Program-made: the position numbers and the translations under genes | Shown: positions 13,644-27,800 of the stretch, piece by piece | Position numbering within the stretch: position 1 is the first letter of the stretch | Layout: each line of letters starts with the position of its first letter | Notes under the pieces: model-generated | Told to the model about the DNA's origin: nothing | The model's input: the letters and a program-made list of their open reading frames with translations, nothing else | Database searches by the model: none | Assembly (NCBI RefSeq): GCF_964204645.1 | Contig: NC_134031.1 | Coordinates: 16,107,807 to 16,171,806 of the forward strand | DNA length: 64,000 nt | Reading direction: 5' to 3' | Origin: Tubulanus polymorphus | Taxonomy: Eukaryota > Animalia > Nemertea

Positions 13644-14100
13644 GATTTACGAAGAATTTACTGGAAGTCTTTACTTAAATTTACTTCTTAGGAAAAGCCG
13701 AGTTATTAATGGCCGTCACTATTGCTGGTGGTTCGAATCCCACAATGATAACGATTTATTGCGCAATCTTGCACCAATTAAATCTTATTAATATAAGCTC
13801 CTTCTGATCCTTATGATCTTCTGAAATTCAAACATTTCGTTCGTACATCAAATATCTAAATAGATGATAGATTCTCTTTATTTTCAAATTTTCAATGAAT
13901 TGACAAGTCGACATTGTACATTTCGCAAATCTCTCACACGCACCTGAGCGGAACGAAGTTCGACCAATCACCGTGCTCGTAACATTACGACAAGCGACGC
14001 CATCTTGAATTATTGAAGCGGTGAATTGTACAAAAAATCGCTATTTTCGGCGAATTATCATTGATTTTTACGTTAGATCGGTGATTAGCCTCTGAGGTAT
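13644..14100. promoter_or_regulatory. Bidirectional promoter of PFDN6 and the matrin-type ZF gene
   Basis: Divergent genes; CCAAT near 13965, YY1-like GCCATCTTG near 14000, and a first donor GAG|GTATGT near 14096. Confidence 0.55.
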
Positions 14101-14359
14101 GTATCGGGGATAGTTGCGGTAATTTGTTTCTAATCATGGGAGGCGTTTTTGTGTCAAAATAGAGCTTATAAAACGAGTCGTGTGATGTGCATGTAGAAAA
14201 CCTGTCGTCGACTATCCCCAACCAACAGGTGGCGCTTCAAATCGTCCCACGTTTTCCCTATCATCCAGTGTATTCCACTCATTTTGATATGCTTCATTGC
14301 ACTGAACGGTAACGTAGTCACATCAGCAAGATGAAGGCCTTTTTCTTATGAAGCTGAAG

Positions 14360-14598
14360 CAGGGGCAGATCTAGGCCGGGGATCTAGACCTTAACTTTGA
14401 AAATGAAGTGCCCTCAAAAATGTCACCGCAAAATTTTTTTGACCAAGGTTTTCTACCTATAATATTTTTTCAACGCATGAAATGACTGAAGCACCCCCTA
14501 GAATGTTGATGAAGTATCCGGAGTACGTGGTGTTTCGTAAAAAGTGACCTTTTTTCTCATTGGACACCCCCCCCATGGAACATCCTAGATCCGCCCCT
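14360..14598. mobile_element. MITE with CAGGGGCGGATCTAG-type TIRs
   Basis: CAGGGGCAGATCTAGG ... CCTAGATCCGCCCCTG; a related copy lies at about 42662-42908. Confidence 0.65.
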
Positions 14599-14984
14599 GT
14601 TAAGAAGAGTAAAAAAAGGATAGAGTGACTTTGCATCCATGATAATCGCATGCCATCGGTGTTAACAAAATACGCTGTGGCTTCAGTTACAGGAGTCGTT
14701 AAACGGAGTGCAATAGCTGCGGTTATGGGAGTACACTAGATACACTAGAATTCTGACTTGCAATATTGGGATTGGAAACCGAAGCAAAAATTTCTAGCAA
14801 TAGTCAAGTGCTTTACCCACTGAGCCACAGCACACAACTAGAAGTCATGCTGAAAGTTAATCTATGTAAAGCCTCACCTTACCTTACGCAGATATAGTAC
14901 AGACTCGCGTAACCGTAGACAGTTTGTTCAAAATAACGGCAAAACTAATGTGTTTCTAATCTGAATTTCAGCTTAAGCTTAAAA

Positions 14985-17900
14985 ATGGACTTCAACTCTT
15001 TACACATGATGACGAAACAGTTCCAGAATCAGGCGATGCAACAGATGCAGAATCAGATGATGGGCATGGGAGGCGGAATGCCGATGTTAAACCCGTTAGG
15101 CGCGATGATGGCTGCGGCAAACATGAGACGTATGTATCAATCGTTCGATCTAATCCGATCATGGTTTAGGTGTTTGATCATTGCCCAATTATCTATCATT
15201 AGTTATTAAGTCCTAAAACAGACAGATAGGCTATACGGGCAATTATGCCTTATAAAGTCTTAACCCATTTATGTCTTTATGTCTGCACCTGTCAAACAGG
15301 TCTAATTCTGGTTTTAAGTCATTTAAAGCACAATTCTTTGAAGCTAATAAATCAAACTGGTGTATCCAAAACTTCTACAGCAGACAGATTACTCCCATTT
15401 CACGTTTCCATTTCACCTTCATTCTACCTAATTTCATTAAATTTTGATCTTTTTTTCTGGGTGCTCGGATCCCTACGGGACACAGCCTCCATTGGCTTTC
15501 CAAGCATCCAGCCGTGTATGTATGTTAATTGTTTATAATCTATACATCATTTATACTGCATATGTACATGGCGAAATAAATATTATTATGTTATTAACAA
15601 GTGAAATCTTGGTAACTAACAATAAGTAATGAATAATAGTAACCACACTGCACTTTGATAAGATGCAATTAAAAGCGATATACGGATCATAAGGGTGGAA
15701 TTTTTCGAATGTTCATATTAACTCCAGCACTAGAGGGGTTTAGCAGAAGAAAAATCATAATCTGCCACGTTTCTTAATAAAAAACCTTTACATTTACTTG
15801 GGGAATATTGTCCTTGAAATGGGATGTATCTGGTTCAGAAATGAAAAAGTGGTCGCCCCAACCCTGAAAGAAAGGTATTTAACACATTCAATAACCCGAT
15901 GTATTTTGATTCAGATATGACTCAAGGAGGCCCGCGAGTTCCTAGAAGAAGTGACCGGCCGATGCGTCCGAGTCGTGGTGGACCGATTCGCAACAGCGAC
16001 CGTCGTTATAACAGCGGAGGACGTCATTTCTCGCCCCATCGCGAGGTAGGACAGTTTAAACCGTATATATCTTGTGGGCTAGCTGAGAATAACTTACCAT
16101 CATATAATCTCAGACATGACAATGACTATTCGTTCGAAGTTAACAACTGTTTTTAAGAGCAAAAAAATCAAAATACTCTATAAATCGCAATCAATTCTTC
16201 TATTTATGATGTCAAATTACTCAATTTTTGGTGAAAACTGCTACACTTAGGTATAGTTTGAGTCCGGTTTCATAGTCGAGACTTCAGTGCATAGTGGTTT
16301 TAAATCTTAAAGACTGGTCTTGAGTTGTTGGACCGACTTAGATGGTTGTAGACTGGTCTTAAGTTGTGTAAGCCATGACTATGGAACCAGTCCCCGGTCT
16401 GTAATCTAGGAATTTGGTCGATTGGCTATATTGAAAATAGCTCGGTAGCCTTAGCGGGTTTCGATGATTCGGGAAGGGGCAGTTGGTAAAAAAATGGCTG
16501 ATTAAATGGATTTCTGATCTAACCATACTTGTGTATTTCCCTATTGAAGCGCAGTGGCGGAATTAGGAGATCTCCGAATCGTCATAGCAGCGGTCGCGGC
16601 GGCCGACCGTCGCCGCGGCAACATTCGGACCGTAGTCGACCGACGTCGAGTCGCGGCGGACGAGACCATTACCGCAGCACGAGCGGTCGCAGCACGAAGA
16701 CGGGAACGTCGTCAAGTCATCATCACCACCACCGCAGCAGCAGCAGGAGCGGCAGTCGACACGGCTCGACGTCGACGAGTCACCGCGCGTCGTCTGGGCC
16801 GAGGAGGCACCACGACTCGGCGTCGCTGACGGACAAGCAACGCGACGACCTACGACGCAAACGTCAGGAAGAATGGAAGAAGAAGAGAGCGGTCGAGCTG
16901 AAGGCCGAGAAGAACCCGAACAGTTTGAAGGCGGCGGCGCACAAGGCGTTCGAGGAGTTGGAAACGACGGAACGATCGGCCGCGTCTGTTACGTCTCCGA
17001 TAGGTAAAACAACCGCTAGGTCACACTGCCAACAACGGCGGCCATTGATCAAATGTTTATTTTCAATAGGACCTTCGTCGACAGATGAGTGTCGTGTATT
17101 TACTGCTCATATAGGACGTTATATTCACCATCAGGTTCAGCAGTCGTTATTACGAGGACTCTTCTACTTCTACTACTCGAACAAACCACAAAAAAAAGAT
17201 TATCAAAATTATGTCTGTTTCTGCGTTTCTTTGCCAACGACGAGTGCCGACGATCGAGGCTACAGGACTTTGCGGAAACACGTAGCCGGCTGTTTTATTT
17301 ATCCGTGTTTTTAGCGCCAGCTCCGGCGGCGAGATCGCTGTACACACACACGTACGCACGCATGCATGCAACTGAAAATAAGGACTTGAAAAAAATCGTC
17401 AGCCTATTACTGCTCTAAATGCACTCAAATCGTACAGCGCTGCTTTGCTCGTAAAAAAAAAAAATCATCAGCGGGTTTATGCGTGGAGACAGTTGAGATG
17501 AGATTGCAACGTCTGAATTGATCGATTGATTCTGGAAGATGGTGGTGGTACTCTCGGGACTGTTCGTTGCGATAAATATTACCACCACGCAGTATAATCA
17601 GTTACCGTAGTCGAAGGCAACACCTTAGACGTAGTCTGCCCGTTGAAAACTAGAGACTAATTAGAAAAATTGTCAGATTCTTTAAATTTTAGACAGCTCT
17701 CCTAACTAACTAATCGTATATATTTTCGCAATTAGTTACGAACGACGAGTTTAGCCGAACCCTCGCTCGAACCTTAATTCGTGAACTTGTTGTTGATTTA
17801 CGCGTTTGTATTTATTGTAGAAGATGACGTGCCTAAGTGGCGAAGAATGGGAGTATTCAAAAGGGTACGTATGACCTGTAACTAGAGTTCGAATAAATGT

Positions 17901-20900
17901 TGTGTTTAAATTATGTTACGCCGTTATCTCCGAACGGTAGTACCTGCTGAATCGGGATCATTTCGCATGGAGAAATTGATTCTAGTTTATGAGAAATCCG
18001 GATTAGAAATTATATTTTGCGTATCTATGTCTACATGTATAGTTGGACTCAAAACCATATCTTGAAATCTGGATTAAACTGATTCGGATGAAAGGGGAAC
18101 TGCAGTGACGAAACTATAATTGGCCATTCATTAAGCTCTAGTCGATGTTTAACATAATGCTAGTTGAAATTTCCAGTTCTCCCTTATTAACTCATAAATA
18201 ACAATTTTAATACTGTTATCTGCAGAATTTACGGCAGATGAGATAAAGGTTTCAAATGCATATAAGATACAAAAAAAAGTTTTCACTGCAGTTCCCCTTT
18301 AAGCAGGTTTGACTGTAGTTCGAATATTTGAAAATGTTTGAAAACGGAATCTGATGAGTGATATTGTGTTGTCGATTGTTCCTGTTGAATAGATGTTATC
18401 GAATTTGTGATTTTTTTGCGGATTTTAATTTTCATTTATTCGTCCAAATTATGCACCATTGATATACTGGGAATAATTTGATGATGAAAAGCCATAGGGG
18501 GATTCTCATTAAAAATCACTAATCAGATCTGTTGTTGTTCTATTCGACAGAGAGACAGAGTGGTGAAACCGATAAGGCGTCCTTTGAAAAATTTCAAAGT
18601 TTTTCCCAAGGTAATTCTCGCAAACGACCGATCATTATTATTTTCGCTGAGAACGTGTCTCAGTATATCAGTGGTTTGAATACCTTCTTAAGCGCTTCAT
18701 TTTGTAAGGAAATATTGTTATGAAATTGTAATGAGAAAAAAATGAATATCATATGTGATTTATCCTATCTTCTTCAATGTCGATCGTGTTTACGTACGGC
18801 TATAATCCACGCACTTGAAGTTCGACCATTTTGCCACGCGATAATTCTCGTTAATATCTTGCGATCATTTCGTTTGTTTCTTCGTAGAAATTTATTCCGA
18901 AGGAAATCGTCGAGAAGCAGAAACAGAAGTTGTTGTCGACCCCGAATCTTTTGTCCGACAGGGTTACGACCAGATTGTTAGCCTCGGTCAAAACAAGGTA
19001 CAAACGTGTGTTTCATACTGCGGCTATTGCAGGGCGGGCACTGACTTAAATGCCTGGGAAACTCAGGGAATCAAAAATTTGGAAAACAAATCCGGGAAAA
19101 CAGGGATTTAACAAATTTTGCCAAAAAAACCTGGAAAACTCTGGATTTGGATTGTTGCTGACAATGCTTTTCTTTATCAATACGTGATTCGTAAAATATG
19201 TAATAAAATATGTATAAATTTTAATCCAAGAAATTCTTCACATTTACTCGGGGAATTTTGTGTTCTTACGTTGAGAAAATCTTGACAGAAAGTGGCCGCC
19301 CTGTATTGTGAAATGTTAAGAAGTTTTGCCCCGTATCAAATCTTGCTCTCATTTCTCAAATTCTCTTCATCCGTTTTTAGGACGATGAATTATTGTATCG
19401 TTTGTAAGAAGAATTTCTACGGAACGCGAGAAATTCATTCTCGATCAGAGGCCCATAAGGTAAGTGTTCATATCATAGAATAAGGTCTTCGTTGACCTTT
19501 GATTATTACGCAATATTTTTTAACGCCTCGTTGAGATTTTTATCGACGCAATGTTTTTCCCTCGTGTCTCTAGACTCAACTGAAAAATCGTATCAAGAAT
19601 CTGGGTTTGAATAAACGCTTGAAGACGCGACGGGAAATCGAAAAAGAGAAGAAAGCGAAGGAGGAGGCTGAGAAGGCAAAGGAAGCCAAGCAGCAGGAAG
19701 AAGAGGAAGAGGATGACGAGGATTTCATTTTCCCCGATAATTTGGACGACCTCGTCGTTATGGATGAAGTCGGCGAATCGGATGATGAAACTAAGAAAAA
19801 GGTATCGTATTCATTTATCATAACTTGTACAGGGTCTCGTTGATTCTGTAAAAACTGAAAATGATGCTTTTAAAGGTGCTTGAAATTCTTTAGATTTTAT
19901 CTAGCAAAATACCCAAAACTCAATTTGAGAAATAGGCAATTGGTCTTGTTTGTAGTGCTACAGTAAACTAAGCCAAAATCGGTACAGTAGGACCAGGATT
20001 CTTTCCAATTAGGTGGTTACCAAATTTAAACCTAGTTAAGGTAGTTTTTAAGGATACAAATTTCCTTATAAAACCACTGAATTAACTGTTTACCGAGATA
20101 ACAGCAGGGATCATTCATTTATTACGTACGCATAAAATTTGAAATTTTTAAATCGGCCATTCTTTCATATACATTAAGCATTACAGTACGCAATTGCACT
20201 GACCCCTCCCCCTCCCCTAATGCGTACGTAATAAAATGAATGACCCCTTACCGATTTCGGAGAAGTCTACAGTAATTAGGACATCAAAGTGATGCAGACG
20301 CTTCTTTGAAATTGTCTCCTTTAAAACTCCTTACATCCAGGAATGCACGATCTGTAAGGACCCTGTTATAGCTTAAATAAATGCTTAAAATAAGCAATTC
20401 TGAAAATCCTTACTTCAGGAATCTCCGAGCAAAAGTCGCCGCGACGATCGCCATCGCCACGACCGTCGTCACGACAACAGTAGCAGCAGCAGACGGCACC
20501 ACGACTCGCACCGTCGGGACTCGCATCGCAGCGGGGGTTATCACAGTTCGTCGCGACACGGCGACTCGTCTCGGTATCATCGGAGCAGAGACGATCGCAG
20601 TCGCCGCGGCGGTCATCATACGGATAAAAAAACCACAAATAAGGAATCGGAACACATGACGATGGAACAGGATCCGAACGGTGAGATCTTTTAAGTCGAT
20701 AGGTCAAGGACGTTATTACAATTCCAGGGGCTAGTGGAAACTGACCCGACTGTGAAGTTGGTTGATAAAAAGGACACATTTTCATCGGTAACAGGGTGGC
20801 CACTTACCTGAAAATCAGGGAAAAGATGGGAAAACTTCTTTCTTTAAAAAAAAAAATCAGGGAATTTTGTAAAACAGTTGAAAATCAGGGAAATTTGTTG

Positions 20901-22784
20901 AGATTGCTATTGGATTCTGAGCAGATAAAGTCAGGAAAAACAATATGCAAGTCGGGGAATCGTCAGGGGAAAAGTCAAATTAAAGTGGCCAGTCAGATTG
21001 TTTTGAAAACTCCCAACTGTGAATTTTGTTACTATCGATTACTTATTCATTATACAGGGTTTGAATATATTCTACCAGTGTCGGGATTCTTTTGTAAGTT
21101 GTGCACGAAGTTCTATCACACTGAAAGTGCCGCCAAGAAAAACCACGCGCGTTCGAAACCTCATCAAGAGAAACTACTGGTAAATCAGAATCAGCGAATC
21201 AAACATTTTGCAAATGTATTTGAATTTAGAGTGAGTAGTACGTTGTTTTAATTGTTTTATAGGCGGCTCGGGAAGAAATTGCCAAAGCCAAACTGGAAAA
21301 GGGCAAAAAAGAGAAAGAGGAACGCGAGAAAAGGGAACAAGAAGAAAAGCAGAAGAAAGAAGCAGAAGAAAAGAAAGAAGTCAAGCCCGAAGAGAATAAA
21401 GTATGGATTGGAAAAGTTTGACTCAACTGGATCTAGCTCCACGTCGATTCCTTACTGAAATGAGAAACGGTTGTTCGTTTGTTTTCAGGTTGACGGAGAA
21501 AAAGCCGATGACGAGAAAACCACTGAAGTGAAAGACGAAGAAATGACCGAATCGGAAGCCGTTGTCAAAGTCGAGGAGACGGCTACTACGGAAGAAAATG
21601 AGGACAGTTCGGCAACTGAAGCGAAAACAGAAATTAAAACAGATGAGTGTATGTATTCGATACAAATACTTCGATAAGTCAGGGTGGCCACTTATCTGGA
21701 TATCAGGGGAATTTTCTTAAAGAAAGTTAGGGAATAGTCAGGGAATTTTGTAAATAAGCTGAGAATCAGGAAAAGTAAGGGAAATTAGTTAAGACAGCTT
21801 AATCACAAGTAAAATCAAAGTTTCCGTATATGTCTTACATATTTGACTGCGTTAATTGATTGGATTCTTAGCAGATCAAAGCGGAATATGACGTGCATGT
21901 CGGGGAATAGTCAGGGAAAAAGCAAGTCAAATTTAAGTTGCCATCCTGTCAGCTATTCAGAAGAAGTAGATTGTTCTTCTTTTAATTCATACCATGTATG
22001 TGAGATTGCAGCAATCTCTATTCCAGCGGCAGCAGTGGAAACAGTCGAGAACGAATCGGAAGAAACCCCGGTCACATCTACAGCTGATGAGACGAAGATG
22101 GACGCGGAAATAAAAATTCGACCGGAGTTTAACGACGAAACCGATGAGAAGTGCGACGAAAACAGCGATAAAGAGGTCGAAGAGGAGATCATTGATGCTG
22201 ATGAGGATACAGAGGAACTGATTGTTCAGGTAAATGTAGGTTGATATCCAGCTAAACAAACCTGATTTAATAGTTTCGAATTAATTTTGATTGGGTACAT
22301 GAATTGGGTACTGGCTACTAATTCCACCTGAAAGTGCCAGGCTCGCTAGTGTAACGCTTCTTCAGGTCAATTAAGATTTAAGAAAAGAATTTCTCAAATT
22401 CTTTGGACAACGAATGAAAAGCCCGCAATATAATGAAAAACTAGAGATGAGAATTTGACAGCCTAATTCAGTGGGCCATTTCCTGAACTATGGAACCCAC
22501 AGAATTAGGCCGAAATGTCAAATTTTCATCTAAGTCTCATGAATTCTATGATTAATCAGAGTTTATCTAGTTAGCTAATTTTTGGATTTGAAAACTGAAA
22601 ATTATTGAAAATCAACTGATTTTGATCGAGCATGTCCGATATCTTTGCGTCGCGATCTGAACGGGATAGGGACGGTGTATCAGTGCCCTAATTTGTAAAC
22701 GTCGTCGTTTATTTCCAGGAATGTGAAGACGAATTGTTGGACGACGATTTGCTCGATATCGACGATACTCAAATCGAATCGTAA
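14985..22784 (+). CDS. Matrin/U1-type zinc-finger nuclear protein with RS/RH-rich and acidic regions (matrin-3/ZNF638/CIZ1/Pep-like), about 14 coding exons
   Basis: In-frame exon chain with YCIVCKKNFYGTREIHSRSEAHK (19381-19459), LDDLVVMDEVGE and GFEYILPVSGFFCKLCTKFYHTESAAKKNHARSKPH (21058-21179). Stop TAA at 22782-22784; probable non-coding first exon ends near 14096. Confidence 0.8.
18091..18302. mobile_element. Kolobok-like MITE
   Basis: AAAGGGGAACTGCAGTG ... CACTGCAGTTCCCCTTTAA inverted termini, with TTAA at the right end. Confidence 0.55.
19829..20366. mobile_element. Dispersed non-autonomous DNA element (CAGGGTC...GACCCTG termini) with a nested MITE
   Basis: Shares internal blocks (TTTGAGAAATAGGC, CCAGGAATG...GACCCTG) with copies at about 28500-28925, 39439-39888 and 48850-49193. 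Confidence 0.65.
20792..20991. mobile_element. CAGGGTGGCCAC-terminated, CAGGGAA-rich MITE
   Basis: Similar elements at about 19030-19302 and 21680-21950 share the terminal motif and internal CAGGGAA repeats. Confidence 0.55.
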
Positions 22785-23780
22785 AAACGTAACCTACTTA
22801 ACTTAAAACATAGTAAAGCACAATTTAGGTGTAGTGAAATTTGCGGATGTATATAAGACAATAGTTGTATAATACCAGGGGTATCCAGTTTCTCGGGATT
22901 GTTGCTCAAATTTATGTTCGTTGTAAATAGAAGCAAATTTCCGTTCAGCGGATTTTTATCAAAAATAGAAATGTATGTAAATAGATATATATGGAAATAT
23001 TTGATTGAATAAGTTGCAGATGAGATGTATATTTCGACATTGTGTTTGTCAGTTGATCAGGGGACGTCGTAGTCTTAACGAATGATATGATGATAAATTT
23101 CTCTTGTAAATAATCAATTTTAAGCTGCAGACAAATTGTGTTGCATTTAAAATGAAATAGTAATCACACCTCGCCTCAACAATCCATTAGCTAATTATTA
23201 TGAGCGGATTTGTAATCCGTATTGTATATAACGAAATCTCTTTGGTAACCGGTCTGAACGCTATAAGATTGTGTGTATAAGTTTAATGATTGCCATGTAT
23301 TTTTTTGTCAGATTAGATTATTCATGTATTGTGCCAGTGAGACCTTGAACATCTCTATAGTGTGGGGGTTTACTGCAAAACCATCAAACACATAACAGTC
23401 ATATAGACACATTTGACCTTAGGCAATTTATTGGAAGAATACTAAATTATCTTCTTGTTTTCTGTAAGTTTAAGTATTTCATCAGGACCAATAATAGCCG
23501 ATTATTCTGCTGTCTCTCGCGTTTAATTTATAAACTTATATGTAATCTCGATAAGATCTGTAGAAAAATATGTTGCAGTAAAAATCCTCACAATAAACAT
23601 TTCATATGAAAAATATCTTCAGTTTTGACTTGAGTGATGGCTTGGCAAATGGGAATTGGATTTGGTTCACTAGTTCAACTCCGGTTTCGTTGTGTCCTCC
23701 GAGGATTCATATTCATAAGAGGAATGCACGATTATCTGAGACTTCATATCAACAAGGCTAACGTCATTTCAGCCCTCTAA

Positions 23781-24138
23781 AGCCTAGCGCACATCGACAC
23801 TGCGATTGGAGACAACTAGTTGCAAGGCAGTTTTCGGCGCATGAGAGGAACTGGCTGGATACGATCAGTTGCTTGAATGTGTCGATTTGAGCGAGCTTAC
23901 GATTGGTAAGCGTCGATCGATCTCCAGTTCCAGCCAGTTGCCCATGTTCTACTTTTGAGCAACTGGTTGTACTCAATCGCAGTCATATCTGTCGATGTGC
24001 GCGCTCTGGATCTCGACGATCGACACACGCCATGTAGTTGCTGCTACTGACCGGTTGTAACTAGATTTCGATGTGCGCGGGGTTATCGTTCGGTAGCAAC
24101 TAGTTGTCTCCAATCGCAGTGTCGATGTGCGCTAGGCT
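23781..24138. mobile_element. PIF/Harbinger-type MITE with about 43-bp perfect TIRs and TAA TSD
   Basis: AGCCTAGCGCACATCGACACTGCGATTGGAGACAACTAGTTGC ... exact reverse complement, with TAA on both sides (23778-23780 and 24139-24141). Confidence 0.85.
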
Positions 24139-24804
24139 TAAGGGATCATACATTTATTATGTACGCATAAAATTAGAATTTTCCAACCCCCCTCCCCCTG
24201 TACGCAGAATCGGCCATATTTTCATATACATTAAGCATTACAGTATGCAATTGCGCTGACCCCTCCCCTAATGCCTACGTAATAAATGAATAATCCCAGA
24301 GCTATACATGAAATCAGGAGCCATTTTTTAAAAATATCGAAGACAAGTTCACCGCGTTTTGCCTCGAGTCAAAGGAAAGTTTTATTTTCTAGCAATCTTA
24401 TGTACATTGTCATGTGTTTCAGTAATGGAATGTTGACATTATGACATAATAGAATTCTATTTCAAGATAGTTAAATTAGAAAGATTAGCTTAACTAAAAA
24501 TATGAATCGACCAACATCTCAAGTAGATACATCGAATTAAGTACCTAACATATGATTTAGGACATTTTTCATAAAATTGGGACTTTTCAAACATCCATAC
24601 AATTTACTTTTTTATTTCATTAAAAAACAATCAAGACAAACATAATAGTAAAACGGTGTAATAAATAAGTCGATTAGAATATCGTGTATGCTTGAGTATA
24701 AGACAATCTTATCAAAATTTACAAATTACCGGTATATATATGTGAAGAAATATATTTTTGATCTGCAATTGGACCTAATCTGCTACTTCACGCGCATATC
24801 ATTC

Positions 24805-27800
24805 TCAATGCGGCGTTATTTTGAATCGTGATTTGATGTTTCGATCTTCATCCGAATACGGATACCACGTGATGTAATTCGTGCTCCACGCATTGTTGTA
24901 GATATTATACGCCACTCCGGTTACGTTTGAAATCGGACGCATATCTATAGGCAGAGCGTTCTGCGACATTTTCGACGTTATGGGCGAAACGAGAATCAAG
25001 TCAGAAGACGTGATTCTCAATCCGTGAGAAGAATCTCCGTAATAGAAACCTTTATCGCTTCCTATGATAAAGAAATATAAATTTCAGTAAGAAATTTCTC
25101 AAAACGTGATTAAGGACTGTTCAAATGCAAATACCACCAATTTTTACAAAGAAGTGATTTTTCTACCCTTCCCTCCTCAAAATACATACATTTTGAATAC
25201 TATCTTACTTAGATTATAACAGAATTTGCTTAATTTAGATTTTTTAATTGGACGAAATATTTGGTCCATTTAACCTGGAACCGTGTAAACTATGATTCAA
25301 AATTCGGATTTTACTTATTTCAGAGAAATCTGGGCAGTCCCTATTCATCAGAATTAAGCAAGTTCTATTTACTTCTAAAATGCATAGAAACATTACAGTA
25401 GAATTTGCTTAATTCAAATTTTTCAATCGGACGAAATATTTGGTCTATTCAGCCTGTAACCATGTAAACTATTATTCACAATTCGGATTTTACTTAATTC
25501 GGAGAAATCCCTAGTCACCAGAATTAAGCGAGTTCTACTTTACTTAGTCGGATAAAATGTATAGAAACATCAAAAGAACACAAGGATGTATATCGACATA
25601 CCGTGTTGATGTTGACTTCCGTTCATCATGACGTTTGCCATATCTATCGGTAATCCAAGCTTGTACAACGTCCACTTAAAACGAGGTTGAGGACGGGGCT
25701 TAAACACTACCCACAATGCTTCGGCCAATCTTGTCGTCGTTTTGTCCATCGTAAGATACTCGACTTCAACATCTGTTTAACAAATACTCGGATTAAATGA
25801 ACTGCGAGAATCATTTCAATACAAGGTCCTTACAGGTCAGGGAATCAAAATTTTCCAGATATTTTCCTGATTATTGTCCAAAACTTTTCTGATTGAATCA
25901 TTAGATACTCTCTCAGTGGGGATTGATTCTTATCAAGAGGTTCCATGTGCCACCCTGATCACCAGCAATCCACAATACCCTGATTTCCTGGACCTGTCAG
26001 AACTGTGTCAAAAGCTACCGGTATATTAATCTTGTATGATTCTTACCATTGTTGACAACTTTGTATTTAATCCACAAATGGTTCGGGGCTCCGTACCAGA
26101 AATGTGGCCACTCTTCGTCGGGTATGGCTCTCACTATTACATCACATGAGGTTTCTGGTGAAACAAAATGCGAAACATTAGTAAATAACATCCGATGATA
26201 GTTGGTTACAAAAGGAATCAGAATTAAACAAGCGATTGTCAGATATTAACGAAGTAAAAATCCACAATATAACGAAAAACTAAATGAGAATTTGACGGCT
26301 CAATTCTATTAGCCATTTCCTATGGAACCCACAGAATTGAACCATGGGCCAGTTGCTCAAAGGTTGGTTTGAGTTAACCAGTGGATAGTTGACATAGTGA
26401 CAATTAAAAGTTCTTTGTTACTATGGTATCTATCCACTGGTTATCTTCAACCAACTTTTGAGCAACTGACCCCATAACGTCAAATTCTCATCTAGTTTTT
26501 CATAAAATTGTGCGTCTTCACTTCATCGGAATTAAAGTCTAGACTTACGCGTGTTCATATAAGCATCGGTAACGTGAATCATCCAATCTCTACTTTCTGG
26601 ATGAGCTAACGTCTTATCGGAGTTCACTTTACCGAATGGAATTCCGTGAAGAAGCGGATAGTAGTTGAAATTATCGGCCATTATCCTAAAATCGGTTTGA
26701 TTGTAGGTCGTATACACGAACTTAGCTAACGGATATTCCTCAGATGCCCATTCAACCTGGAAATCGAAATACAGGCGAATCTCATTACAAACAAACTTCA
26801 TTGCGCTAAAATATCTCATCGAACATGACTAATTTTCTCACGCGATTATTAGGTGTATAAAGTCTATTGATGGCACCGTCTTTACCAATACTAAATATGA
26901 TACCACTTTTACATTTCATATTCGAAACATCGGCAACTCTAGCGTAATCTACACGGATAAATATAGAAAATGCTTTTATTGATCGTGCTTATTCAACGTG
27001 AAACCTGGGAATCTCTACGTGGGCACTCCAGGGGCCAGTTGCGCTGTCGAGGCTTATAATTTAAGACCAGCTCGGTTCTGACTGGAAGTCTGATATTTAA
27101 TCTCAGTATTTAGAGCTAACAAGTAAAAGCCCGCATTCGATGTTTAACAACTGTATTTCTTAATTACTGTAATTCATTATTATATGATTTTGGTTTCTTT
27201 GATGATGGAGTTTAGAACTCCGAAACTGTCAGACAATAAACGCTTTATTATCAATCAACTGTGGGTTTTTTACTTGTCAACTTGGTTCTATAGCCCAACT
27301 AACCAACCAACTTTAAAGACAAGTCTTAAGATTGAAATCCATATTTGGAGTTAATTCACGACAGTGCAACTGGCCTCCAGCAGTTTTTTTTTTCAAATAA
27401 GGAGCATAAGAATTCATAAGCAGTCAGGATTACATAAAATCATACCAGTTAAATCTGGAGCTGAAGCCTTCGTTTTGTAGATTTCATCTTTGATGTAAGG
27501 ATAAACGGGATGGGCCTGCAGTATATCGACTCCGAAGTTGAAACATTCTCGTTGACCATGCCAAGTTTTCTCAACCATTTGATATATTTTGGCTGAAATA
27601 AGATCATTCGAATCCTCGTAAAAATTCATCGCTCAACGTTTCTTAAGAGTAGAATATCGTAAATATTTGCAGACATACTTACTCGTTCTGACCTTCTCAA
27701 ACTGCTGATTGCTCCAGTTGACCAAGTCTGAAACTCCACCCGAACCCCATGTGTGTTCCATCGGTTTAATCAAAAACCTCATAGCATTGACAATAACCGG

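Noticed and set aside
22320-22370. CTGAAGA hammerhead-like start on the minus strand
   Set aside because: Lacks the GAAA core and a convincing stem II.
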